DNA of 64,000 nucleotides from Carcharhinus longimanus (Eukaryota), in contig JASCQW010000027.1 of the NCBI GenBank assembly GCA_030264375.1, forward strand, positions 76,141,640-76,205,639, read 5' to 3'. Below, in pieces: positions 1 to 12,479 of the stretch (within the stretch, counting starts at the first letter, position 1; each line of letters starts with the position of its first letter). A program made the translations under genes and the position numbers. The notes under the pieces were generated by a model that searched no databases, had not been told where the DNA came from, and saw only the letters and a program-made list of their open reading frames with translations.

Positions 1-35
1 TAAGTAATTGCTTGTTTTTTTTTCCTACTCTGCAG

Positions 36-218
36 TGTAAGCTCATAGTTTGCCAAATGAGTAACACCCGTTGCCAGCCCCTCAGTTGGCTTCTCCTACC
101 CTTGGCTGCTGGCGTGATATTTGTGATCTCGGGTATCCTACAAGACAAAGAATATCATCTCCTTATTGTTTTGACAACAATAATAACCCTTGCCCATATT
201 CACTATGGAGTATGTGTG
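36..218 (+). CDS. SELENOI: SELENOI (ethanolaminephosphotransferase 1 / selenoprotein I), penultimate coding exon
   Basis: Polypyrimidine tract + tgcAG acceptor ending at 35; GTGAGT donor at 219. 183 nt encode CKLIVCQMSNTRCQPLSWLLLPL...TLAHIHYGVCV, matching recalled human EPT1 [23 protein letters not shown]...TLAHIHYGVRV. Confidence 0.95.
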
Positions 219-469
219 GTGAGTAGGTTGTGTATTTTGCCACTTTATAAAATTTCTAGTTATGCAGTAGTTAAATAATTGCCTTTAATTGTAGCTCATA
301 GGACACAGTAGCTTTAAAAGGAAATACTATTGAGAGACAAAGTTTAAAAACCTGTCTACTGACAATGATTTGGTAATTTTCATTTTAATGTTAGAATTAG
401 ATTAGAATTTTAGGTGCTGGATAGCTGTGAATTTGCATACACTTCTGGAGCTTAAAGTGGTGAATCGGC

Positions 470-769
470 GATGCTGGTGTTGGACTGGGGTAAACACAGT
501 CAGAAGTCTCAACACTAGGTTAAAGTCCAACAGGTTTATTTAGTAGAAAAAGCCACTAGCTTTGAGTGCTGCCCCTTATCAGGTGAATGGTTCAATAAGA
601 ACATTTGTTTCTTTTATGGTGTTTTGCACTCTGGGAATTTGTGTTTAATCACCTGCTGTATTTGAATTTAGAATCCCATTCACCTGATGAAGGGGCAGCA
701 CTCCAAAAGCTAGTGGCTTTTACTACCAAATAAACCTGTTGGACTTTAACCTGGTGTTGTGAGACTTCT
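470..769. mobile_element. Palindromic Penelope-like element remnant (inverted terminal copies with degenerate hammerhead core)
   Basis: 502-590 is the near-perfect reverse complement of 676-769. The right arm contains CTGATGA-AGGGGCAGCACTCC-aAAAG followed by AATAAACCTGTTGGACTTTAACCTGGTGTTGTG. The same family recurs at 14594-14690 and 16088-16159. Confidence 0.65.
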
Positions 770-1400
770 TGCTTAGAAAGTGGCCCAGAATGATGGGATA
801 AGCATGGTCTCTTTGCTGCTGTTTTGGTGTTGTTTCTGATTTAACCTCTCCATTACTGAGAAGATTTATGCCAGTTTAATTGGGTATATTTTCACTGCAA
901 TGTTGCTTCGTGTTGGCTGTTTGAGCTTTTTGTCTTTGAGCCAGGCAAATTTTTAAAATGTCTTGAGCATTAAAGTGATTTCTATAGTTGTGCTTTTGTT
1001 CTTGTGCCTGAGTTTTGTCTCTATCTTGATTCTTGTGATTGCAGCAGCCATCTATTCTAATGAATTAGAGAAAACATACACTTATCTCTGGGGAAACATA
1101 CCTTTCAAACTGGTGAACTAACAAACAATGAGGGTGCAGCACTATTGTGACGAAAGGGAGACTGATGAGGGAAACATTCCAGCCATGAGTGACCAAACAT
1201 TGAGTTAATTGCTCAGCATGGATGAATGTGTAAATAGCTCTAGGCAGTTTCAGAACAGTTTGTAATGAAAGCAAAATACTGCAAATATCCTGTCCCCTTT
1301 TCGATTGAAAATGGAAGCAGGAATTAAGTGTCATTTTCTAGGAACTGAAAAATATCATTTTTTAAACTTGAGTGCAGTATTCTCATTTTGTCCTACACAG

Positions 1401-1514
1401 GTGAATCAGCTGAGCAAACATTTTAACATTTACGTCTTCTCACTGAAGAAACTGAATACAGAATGACTAGAGGAGGAACAGAAAATTGGCTTGCAGGCTT
1501 CTGAAGTATTGTAA
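1401..1514 (+). CDS. SELENOI: SELENOI last coding exon with in-frame UGA (Sec) at 1464-1466
   Basis: cctacacAG acceptor ends at 1400, in phase 0 with the previous exon. Reads VNQLSKHFNIYVFSLKKLNTE-U-LEEEQKIGLQASEVL-TAA(1512-1514), matching recalled human [32 protein letters not shown]. Confidence 0.95.
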
Positions 1515-4500
1515 ATGACCACCCCAGCAGCCTGCAAATGCTTCAACCATCACTGCAAACTGTCCACTATCACCATCACCAACAATAGAAAACAGAAGAT
1601 TCAGATGCTCCCTCTAAGTATTAAAATATTGTTTTATAAGAGATTGACTGACTGATAAAGGTTTAATTCAATTAAGTATGTAAATATACATTAACTGTGC
1701 ACAAGCAAAGATTGTGCGCATTTGGCTGGCACTGGATTTTTTTCTTTGGTGTGATACTCCTTTCAGTAAAGTTCTATTATACCATTGGAGTCTTCAATAA
1801 AGTAGACGGTAACTTGTATCCAAGAAGACAGGCGAAGACATATTTCAGCAGGCTTTCATTTTACAGATTCATCACCTAATCCTTGGGCAATGTGATTGTT
1901 TTTGCACTTTACTTATTGGAGTTCTGTCCACATCTTTATTGCAACGTGTTCTGAAAGACAATTCCACCTCACTTTTAACACTGGAGACTGAATGTTCACT
2001 TGCCTTTATAAGCCCAATTGAGCAAAACTGCTGATATTGGAAATTGCAGGTTTTCAAAAAGCTGGAATTATAATGGAGCCTAGAATGTAGGAGTTTGCCA
2101 CAGTCCTTATTAAAAGCATGTATTTAAAAGTTTTTTTAATGAGTAAGTTATAACATTTATGAAGAGAATTGAATGAAAATGTAAAGTAATTTTTAAATAG
2201 TCGATTATCAAACAAATCAAAACCTCAAATTGCTGTTTTCATTTTTTGTTTCAAATATTCAGTTTTGTGGTGGTGAATGCATGCTGATTTTCTACTAGAA
2301 ATAGTTTTCTTCAATGGAGGATTGTGCTTGAATGAAGAGTATACTAAAAGCCTCAGCGCAAGGTATACTTGGAAAGAACAAGCATGACTCGCAGTAATTG
2401 TGTTTAGTTTACAAAACACGGCTCACAAAACCAGAGGTTTTGTGCTTAAACTCTGTTTAGGAAAGGCAATGAATATATTGTGTATTTTCGTATTTTGGCA
2501 ATTACTGTCAGTCGGGGAATGGGGGAAATGTTTGAACAGATGCGCTTCATGGTGTAAGAATTCATATTCTTAATCCAATTTGATGGCTCCTTGTGTGTTT
2601 AAGTACAATTTTGTCAGTGGTCTCTTTTCCATAGAGGTATTGTATCTCTTGGTGAAGCTTGTCATAATAAAACATTGCAATATCCATTTTCTTATTACAT
2701 CATTGTAATTTCTGTTCAAAATGTAATTTGGACCAGTAGAATAGTATCAGTTATAATATTTTGTTTATTGTCTCATACTAATCACTTTAAATTGAAACTG
2801 GAATCAGTTCAAAACAATTCAACTGGCCCAAATTAATTATCATGAAGATAAAAATTTAAATACATTATATCTTATGATGCTTGCAAATCTGCATAGTGCA
2901 TCAATTTAATTCATAATTCAAAGTTGTTGTGTAGTTGCATACCGTAATTATCAATATTTTGTCTCCGAACATGAAACTACTGATTAAACTATTGTGCTAA
3001 CATTGACAACATTAAACCCTTTTTTGTTCAACTATTTTACCTGCATGTGCAAAAATAGGAAAATTTGAACTCCTTTTGTGCATTATCCACCTTTTGCAGG
3101 CTTGGACAAATCATGTTTTTCATATAGTTTAATATTTCACCTTTCGTTCACATGTTTATTTCTGATATTCTATACTAATGTCAGTATTCTTAGGGATGAG
3201 AACTCAAGGTTCAGCTTTGGTGTCATTACATCAGTTTGAAGCTGAACTTCAGATCATAAGTAAATAAGTGTTTAATTTGACCAAACCACGTGTTTCAAAG
3301 CCCACTTACGGTTGTATTCAGTGTTCAAAGGAGTCTATGACAAATAGTTTGACGGTCAACTTGACTTTATCTTTGAAAGGTGTAATTCTATTCAATGATC
3401 ATTTTTCTTAATCTTCAGCTTTGGTCCATTGCATGTAATTTATTCATTGTTGAGCTTGTAGAATGAACTCATAGAAGCAACTATTCAGAGTGCATTGTTT
3501 TAAATTGCAGACAGTGATCTAGCTGTGGTTTGGAAACTGTTTCTTGCCTGTATACATAGATGTGGGATACTGGGATGCAACATCTTTGTAGGAAGCTTTT
3601 GGTATATAATTTGAAGAGAAGCTGTTAGAAATGAACACAGTTGTATAGTACTAAAAACAAACATGTTTTGTACCAGATCCCATAAGGTCTGATTATTTAT
3701 GGCTTCAAGCATCACTGAGTAATTCATACAAAAAGTAACTTAATTGCTACTCTCAGAATTACTATCTCTTTTATTAGAGATGCCATTGTTTGCTATGATA
3801 AGGTTACTATCATCTAGCTGCTTTACAGTCTTTCATTTTCCTCTCTAGCTTCCATCTTCATTGGAGAAGTGAGATTTTGTCCTGTGGAACATAGCTTAAT
3901 TGTTTGATGTGAAGATTGTTGTGTGTGAACAATATCAAATCCCAACTAGCTATTGTTTTGAACAAGAATATGCAGGATACCATTTCTATTCTCTATGTTG
4001 CTTAAAAATGGAATTGAAGGAATCCTTGCTTAAGGAGGTTATTTGAAATTACACTAGGTTCATGCTATTAGAGGAACATTATAAACTGACTTGAAAAATA
4101 CAAAATTACTGGACAATGTGCCTATTCTTTTGTAAATGGGTTCTTCTGTTGGGTACTGTAGTCATGTTAAATTATGAGTGACAGGAGGTGTTCACAGAGC
4201 GTGTGTGTCTCTAGGTATCACAGGATTTTGCTATATTTTTAAGTTGAGTAACTTGCAAAAAGTACATTTTTTTTCCTAAGTTATAAGCTTAAAATGAAAT
4301 TCAATTAACCTGGTATTCTGTGGAGTAAATGGTGAACATCCTTGCACACTCTCTAAGGTAACGTGGAACTGACCTTTTGCTTATTTAAAAAGGTAAATTT
4401 AGTATTGAATGTTCCCCAATGCACTGCAAATTAGTCTATTTTTCTAAGATATTTTGCGGGTGCCAATTTTTTTTCCTCCCAGCACCGCAATGTTCTTTGG

Positions 4501-7500
4501 CCCTTTTTTGTTTTAAGTTATGAAATATATAATGCAAAGATACAGAGCTTATTGACCCTTGTCTTTTTTCAGCAGTAGCATTCTAAATTTTCTAGAAAAC
4601 TTCAAATGTTGGATATGAATGGCTGATGGTCAATTTTTGACTTTGTTTACATCCCCCTCTATTGGCACAATTGGTTCAACTGTTATTTAGCACTGAGGTC
4701 TATGAACATCTTTATATGTAATTATGAAATGCATGCAGTGACTTTTGCCTTTTTGCGGTTTAAGGTGCAAGATTGTTTCCATATCAGTACCAGAGGTCCT
4801 GTACAGCCAGAATGGTAAATTATTTCCATACGATACTTTAGTCTTTCTATAATATTGATCCTTGACATATATACTGGATTCTGAAATGCTTCTTGAGCAT
4901 GACATTCCAGTGTACTATATAAAGTTCAATTTGCGCACTGATTTTGAAGTGTTATTTGAAGAATTTAACTATATATTGAGATCTGCTTTCTATCTTTTGA
5001 AAGCAGATTTTATTCATGTAGGTAATGGAACATTTTGCTGCTCACTTAATACTGACATTTTAAACGTGTGGATAATTGTTTAACTGGTTTAATTATTTAT
5101 GTGAATGCTTTGTAATTCAGATAAGCCTGATTGCAGCTAAAGACTGAGGCTGCTCCATTTTGTCTCTCTTCACTCCCACAATGTTTTAAGTTTACAATTG
5201 TTTAGTCTGAAACACGGGAGTATGAAAAGACAAGATGCACATGCTAATATATAAAACTTGGATGATTAAAAAACAGTTCGACTCATCGACTTGAAATCAT
5301 TATTCCATAACGTCATCACTAACAATTTCTGATTAATGAGGCTGAGATTAATATTTTCCCGAGGTATAATATTAAGGAAAATCCTCAAGGTGCTCAGTTA
5401 TGAATTTCCTGAAAATCCAAAATGCTACAATATTTGAAATCTGCATTTCCCATTTTTTCTGGATAAAATGAGTTTTGTGAAGGGATTTCACAATATAGTG
5501 CATAATTTAAACAATTTTATATTTGACAACCCCTTCTGTTAAAGGTGAAATTTATTAACTGGTTACAACTTGATCTTGATGCTATTTTCCAGTTGTTTAG
5601 TAAGCAGTGAATATCCATTTTGTCTGAATAAATTTAGATTTGTTGATTTGTCAATCTTAGATACTTTAACCCCTTTGTGATTTGTACTATTTTTCACTCA
5701 AAGGCTTTCAATTAGGTTGCATTGATTAGTTTGCCATGCAACCATGAAATTGCTATGGTTTGCAGATCTCTTATTTTTAATGAAGATTAAGATAAATTTG
5801 CTAAACACAAGGTTTAATTTTAAATTTATTGCCAAACTTTACATTCCTAATTGGCATACATATGCTCTGTCAATTATTTGTAATGTTATTGTCACTTTGA
5901 TTCTTAATCTCCAGTTATTAACTGATTTAATTATTTGCATACATATCGGAGAGTTCCAAGTAACCTGAATTTTGCAGGTAGCCTTGATATAAAGAATGTT
6001 TGTTTAAATATAGTTAATTGGCAGGGCATTTTACCTTGCATAGAATGCTAGCTCTAAAGCAAAGAACGTAACTTTGAGAAGAATGGGATTTGGACAGAAA
6101 AAATGCACAGGGATGTCTTAATGCTGTAAAAAAAAAAAAAAAAAATCAGTAATAAAAATTGTCTTAATTTTTTTTAAATTAACTGGTATTTGTTGAGAGT
6201 CTCCATGTTTTACTCCAGTGTAGAGGTCTTATTGATTAGGGAACAATGAGAGGAAAAGCACTATTTGCAAATAAGATCGAGCAAGTATCACTTTGCTGAA
6301 TGAGGGGAAAAAAGGCACAAAGAGGAAAAGGTGGCTAACTGCTACTCTTGTAAATTAGGGGCTCCTGAAGGAGGGATATCTGCTTTTTAAAACTAGTCAG
6401 TTTATTCTTGAGCAAGAAGTTTTTTGTCAATGCAAGGTTTGCTTTCAGAGCCTTGAATCATATTTTCAGTGAGTTCAGCCAATCTTGTTGCAATATTAAT
6501 CCATTTTTAATTGGCTTATCATAGTGCATATTTGTAAACATCATTCATCAGCCTTGAGAATTTTGAAAGAGCCAAGATTGCACTTCCAAAATGATGTGGT
6601 CATGGTGACGATAAATTGGCAGTAGATTAAGTGACTGGTGTTAATTATCTTATTGTAATGGGACCATGTCAAATCGAGATGCAACTGAGGAACTAAATCA
6701 TTGTATTCAATTAATTAAAATTGTTTGAATATGTGCAGTTCATTTGATTCCACTCCTAATTGCCAATTCAAGACTATGCTTGTATAACATCTCACAACCT
6801 GCTTAATTAAATATTGTTTCACAAGAATTGAATGTCTGATTTGCCTTTGTCCCTGACATAATTTTTATGAAGAACAAGTTATTAAGGAAACCCTTGCTGC
6901 CTTTGCTTGAACTACCCATTCTACCTCGTTAGCATTTATTAGCAATAGAATACAACAGAGTGACTAATATAGGTCTAGCTGGTACTATCTTAAGATCATT
7001 ACTATTACAATGTTCTCTTCTGGAGATCATTATTTGTTACAAAAATAATATCTAAACCAGAAAGCATACAGTGTAAACTGCATGCACTTATTTGTAAACA
7101 ATGTATGTAGATAATGAGGAACCTGTACAAATTTGATACTGTAAACTAAGTGTATGCTGACCCAGACATGTATCGCATGACGCGGTACCTTGGTGGTACA
7201 CATTCTATAGCTCATTGAATTCGGTGTTGAGCATTGTCAAGAAATAAGGCATTATTTTGTTACACATTTGTCAAAGTTTTGTATTCTACAATTAGTGCAT
7301 TTGTGCTTAAAATTTGATGTACTTGTAATTCAAAAATCAATAGAGCAAAATAGGATACCAAGTCCATTGATTTTTGCAGATCTTTGGTACATTAATTTCT
7401 TGATAGTTGTCCTTTTTATTTTTGTTTTCAAGTCATTAAAGAAACACGTGATGTTTGGTTTCTCCATGAAGTAATGATCTACCTTGTAATAAGGAATTCA

Positions 7501-7950
7501 CAGTACTGTTGCCTACAGCCAACCTATCATGTTCCCATTGCATAGGTATGGCTTATTTGAAAATGTTTGAGGTCATTCAGCTTTTGTCACATATAGAAAT
7601 ATGACGACGTTCTTCCTGAATATTTTCCATATGCCGTCTCTTCAAAACTGTCTTCAGTTAGTTGCATTTCTTCCACTTTGCTAACCTGCCTCATTTCAAA
7701 CTGATTTTGGCTGAGAACTTCACATTGCAGACAGAATATGTTACATCCAATGGTCATTGTGCACTGCTTTAGCAGAAGTAAAGTTCATCTCTAGAATCCC
7801 ACTCCCCTGTCAGAAAAAAATGTATGTCTGCTGTTGAATAAGGTCTATAGTAGCTTTATTTTAATTTGTAAAATTCTACTATACTATTTATTTATTGTAA
7901 AGACTAATTTTGTGAACGTTTAATAAAGCTGGAAAACAATCGCATTTGAT
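1515..7950 (+). other. SELENOI: Putative long SELENOI 3' UTR with several candidate poly(A) signals
   Basis: About 6.4 kb with no recognisable transposon, unlike the surrounding introns. AATAAA at 1796, 2666, 5627, 6151, 7922 and 8110. Mammalian SELENOI also has a multi-kb 3' UTR. The true end cannot be determined from sequence alone. Confidence 0.5.
2323..2386 (+). promoter_or_regulatory. SECIS element (selenocysteine insertion sequence) of SELENOI
   Basis: Helix I TGCTTG(2325-2330)/CAAGCA(2379-2384). Kink-turn core ATGAA(2332-2336)/GGAA(2371-2374). Helix II GAGTATACT(2337-2345)/GGTATACTT(2362-2370). Unpaired AAAA (2346-2349) at the apical loop. The 5' arm TGTGCTTGAATGAAGAGT resembles the mammalian SELENOI SECIS as recalled. 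Confidence 0.9.
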
Positions 7951-8339
7951 TTGCCTTTTCTCTCATAGGATACTGTAATGTGATTTCCTGAATGTAGCTG
8001 AAGTTATGCCAAGTATATATCACACTTCATTAAAAGTATCTGTCATACAAATCATTGTCCTTGTTCCTTAACTGCGAAATGTATTAAAAGGATAATGTCG
8101 TCGTCTTGGAATAAAATCCTGAAAGCTTATGATTAAACTCAAAACAAAAATAAAATTTGCCAACATGTTAATTGTTACTGTAACTTGAGCTTGGATTTGT
8201 AATATACTAGATCATAGATGAACCCAAAGTTTTTCCTTTTTAATTTATGCAACTGGCCATGATTGTATTGTAAATTCCTACTTTTTCATTATCATCCCTC
8301 TCATGGAAGAACAGACATATCTTCCTGCTGAAATGATTT

Positions 8340-8610
8340 GGTGATGGCTTAGTCAAGTCGAACGGTTTTGTTAAGGGGAAGTCGTGTCTGACAAATTTAC
8401 TGGAGTTCTATGAGGATGTGTCTAGGGCGGTGGATAGANNNNNNNNNNNNNNNNNNNNNNNNNNNNNNNNNNNNNNNNNNNNNNNNNNNNNNNNNNNNNN
8501 NNNNNNNNNNNNNNNNNNNNNNNNNNNNNNNNNNNNNNGATCTTATTGAATGGCGGGGCAGGCTCGAAGGGCTAGATGGCCTACTCCTGCTCCTATTTCT
8601 TATGTTCTTA
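8340..8610 (+). mobile_element. CR1 LINE fragment spanning an assembly gap
   Basis: GFVKGKSCLTNLLEFYEDVSRAVD (CR1 RT motif) before the gap; CR1 3' tail (gatggcctactcctgctcctatttcttatgttcttat) after it. Confidence 0.85.
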
Positions 8611-8979
8611 TAGTGCATCAGTGTCAAGTTAGCATTAATACGAGTCGGGTTTCTTGTAACACAATAGTCATGCTTGCAACCAAAAAAATATACCAGTGGT
8701 ATCCATGGCAAGCTTATGTACCTTTTGTAGTGTAAAAGGTATGAACTGAAATATGTTCCTGTAACACTGGCACTTTAGCTCCTTGAGGTTGTTTTGCCTT
8801 TCAGTGAGATCATGTCTAATCTATGACTTAATTCCAAATGCCCACATTTTTCCCATATACTTTAGCAACTTTGGATAACAAATTACCAAGTCAACAATAA
8901 TTGCCATTTGTGGTAGAATTTCAAACTTCTAGAATCTAGAAATGCAATAATTTATAATAAAGGATGTGATAATGGTAGA

Positions 8980-9425
8980 ATTGAGTAGAGTCAATACAGA
9001 TTTCTGAAAGAAAAATTATTTTTGATAAAGCTAGTTTTTTTGAGGGCATTACTCAAGGAAAGATGAGGGGTAACCAGTCAGTGTGGTTTATTTGGACTTT
9101 CAGGGGGCTTTATGCTTCAAAGCAAGAGGTTAGTAAGCCTTGGAGCATGTGGGATTGGGGCCATAAAGTCGCATCCATTGAGGATTTGTTATCAGACGGA
9201 ATTGGAAGGATAGTTGGATCATTCTCAGACTGTAACAAGTGGGTAAAGCAAAAAAAATCAGTTTCTTCCCCAACTGTTCAATCTATTTCAATGATTTAGA
9301 TGTGGAGACCAAATAAAATATTTCCAAGTTTGATGGCAAAACTTGATGGAGATGTAAATTGCGAAGAGTATGCAAAGAGGTTTTAAGGGCATTTAGACTA
9401 GTTGACTGAGTAGGCAAGAATGTGG
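8980..9425 (+). mobile_element. Old degenerate CR1 RT fragment
   Basis: Frameshifted remnants resembling ...INDLDV...ISKFADDTKL...LxEWAxxW. Confidence 0.6.
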
Positions 9426-9964
9426 CTGATATGACCACAACATAATTGCTGAGCAAACCAACTCTTGGAAGGAAACTTGTCTTATGGGCTTTGTGTGTTA
9501 AGATGAGCATAGTACAGACCTCAACAGAAAAGTCCTGAAATACTTGGGATTTAAAAAATATTAAATGAAAAGGGTTATTTGAAAAAGAAAATGTAAGCGC
9601 ACACAAGATTGCAGATATACAGTTAGTCTTCCAAAACATTCCCCCCAAAAGACTCCCTACTTTGGCAGACTGCACCCCACCCCCCCCTCCAAAGTAAACA
9701 GCCTCCAGGCAACACTCAGATGTTTATAAAAATCCTCTCGTATTACCCAAAGGAGAACTGCAGCTGTTTTAATAAAGGCTTATCACATGACTTTTCAAAC
9801 TCTATTCCACTTTGCTGTGGAAATCTAAGAAACTACACTACTTTTCACAGCCCAAAATGTTTGTCTGACTGGATGTCTAATTCAAACTTCACCTCCCAGC
9901 TCAGAGCTGTTTTCCTCCTAGTTTTCTCTACACAAATAACAAATTGTCTCAACACTTCCTCTTA

Positions 9965-10240
9965 GTAGAGTGGCCAATAACCAGGGAGCATTGACCTTGA
10001 GGTAAGGAGATTGAGGGGATTTGAGGAAAAGTTTCTTGACCCCAAGGATAGCCTAAATTTGGAATTCTCTGCCTGAAAGAGTGATAGTGGTGGGAACCCT
10101 TACAATGTTTAAGAAGCATTTAGATGAGAGCTTACAAGGTTATTGATCAAGTGCTGGAAAATGGGATTAGAATAAATGTTTTAACAGCCAATGCAGATAT
10201 GATGGGCCAAAGGGCCCCTCTCTGTGCTGTAAAGCTCTGA
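9965..10240 (+). mobile_element. CR1 3' end / 3' UTR fragment
   Basis: Typical CR1 end (...tggaattctctgcctgaaagagtg...gatgggccaaagggcccctctctgtgctgtaa). Confidence 0.7.
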
Positions 10241-12479
10241 CATACATCCTTTAATATTTTTCCATTGTCCTCAGCACTTCTTTGAAAATAAAAATCCTTT
10301 GCTTCTATTTTGTTTTTACTTTTAGGTCAACAGAAAGCAAAATACTCTCGTCTGTTTTCCCGTAGAGTTGAGAGAAGATGCTGTAAGATGCAAAATGTTT
10401 CTTATCACTTCTAAACTCCTTTTTGATATTCAATAGTTGGAAATAAAACAAGGTCCATATGTATCTCCTGATGCAAATTTCTAAACCTAGTTTATTGACT
10501 TGTAAATCACTTGACCAGGAAAGTCTTACTATAAATGCATTTATCTCACATCTATACTTTTCTCTGTTTGTCTGGAACAGTTCAGTCTCCATTTAATTTC
10601 TCAATTTAATTAAATTATTTCAAGAAATGCACATCCTCCTTGCCCAAGACTATTTTATAAAAAAAAAACAAATTTTCACACCTGTCTGCGAAAAAAAATT
10701 GCCATAATTTCAAAAAGCTGGTGTCATTCTCTCAACCCATTTCATAACTTAACACATTTACATATATAAACAAAACATTAGACTATAGTGTATGTGTGTC
10801 AACCACAAAAATATACACAAGTCTGTTGTAAAAATGGAATTAATTCCCATTCTTTTCCCAAGGTACAAATTCTTCTGATGTAACTCATGACAATACATCT
10901 GCATTTAAATTCTCTTGTCCAACCACACACACTTTGTAAATTGGTTGCAAAAACAAACACCAAAACAACCTGGCATTTTTCAAAATCTCTCCAGAAATGT
11001 CAAAGCATTGTTGGCAATATATATATAACCCTGAAGAATTGTTTGAAACTTTAAAATGCTGCAAATCTAGCACCAAACTTGGTCCCTTTCTCTAGAATAT
11101 TTCATCTGATGTATGGTCAAACTAAAAATATCCTATTGACTTCTCAATTGGCAGTTCATCTTTTGTAGCCATACAATACCACTAGCGTCAATAGCTAACT
11201 TAAATTGCTTTGTATAATCGGGTCCTGATTGAAAGCTGTACTAACAACTACGCATTCTAACTGTTGAATGCATTCTGATATTCTCGTGTCTGTTGGAATT
11301 TTGTTAACAATCCAGTCAGTGGAGTTACTGCACTGCTGAAATTCAGCACCAGTTTCCAATAAAAGCCATTTTATTTCACAAAACTCCCTTTTTTTTTTGT
11401 GGGTACTGGTAATTCCAGAATAACTGCCTGCTTCTTGTGATGCCACTTGACTATATCTAACACTATGGCCTAAATGGGGAACCTCCCACTTTTGATGAAT
11501 ACTACCAAGCTATCGATTTATAAACAGCATGACTTATCTGTGTGGAAGCAAGTCATCCTTGGCTTCAAGGGATTGCCCAAGAAGTCATTGCTAAATTGTT
11601 ATTGGTTCTCAAAGCTTTCTCAGTGTTGATATCAAATTGATTGGTCTGTACTTGCTGAGTTAACACACTTCTTTACATCTGAATTGAACAAGGGTGTAAC
11701 ATGTAATTCTCCAGTCATCCCTGAAGCTAAAGAGGATTGGAAGCTACCACTGCAAATTCCACCCTTCTCCCTCAGCATCCTTGGACACGTTCATTTGGTC
11801 CTGCTGATTTATTTAATGTCATCAATGTTTAGCCCATGTGGAATCTCAGCTAATTACTTCAATACAGCTACCAGCATCTTTCTTGGTAAAAATAGATTGA
11901 AAGTACTAATTTAGCCTTACCCTCTTTATTCCATGTATCCATTCTTCTCACTTACTATTTATATGAAGACTTTTGGATTTCCTTAGCTGCCAGTTTCTTC
12001 CATACTCACTTTCCTTTTTCATATTCCCCTCTGAACTTTTTCTTTTTAGTTTTTTTTCTTGATATCCTATTGTTTACCTGACATCTGTCACATGCCCCTT
12101 TTCAGCACTATCTTGCTCTTTATTGCTCATTATTCAGGGAGTTTTGGTCATACCCAAACCAACCCCTTTAAAGACCTATTGTTCAGTTAGTTTTACCTGT
12201 CAATCTTTGATTCCAATTTACTTGGCACAGATCTGTTCTCATTCCACTAAAATTAGCTGACCTCCAATCAATTATTTATTTTTTACTCTAGATAGCTGTA
12301 TGTGCTTTCCCTGGCTAACCAAAATTTTATACTTCAATCACTGTTCCCTAAAAGTTCCTAACCAAACCTTGAGCATGGTAGAACTAGAAGGAGAGATGAT
12401 TTGTGATTTCAGAAGGAAATTGGATGGATGTTCAGGGCCATGAGACTGACTAGATTATTCTAGAAAGCTGGCATGGACT

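Noticed and set aside
1464-1466. Premature stop / SELENOI pseudogene
   Set aside because: The TGA aligns with the known Sec position, the downstream frame is homologous, and a SECIS is present.
6128-6145. A18 run as the tail of a retrocopy or the mRNA end
   Set aside because: No upstream recognisable element or TSD; the AATAAA lies after the run, not before it. Treated as a simple homopolymer.
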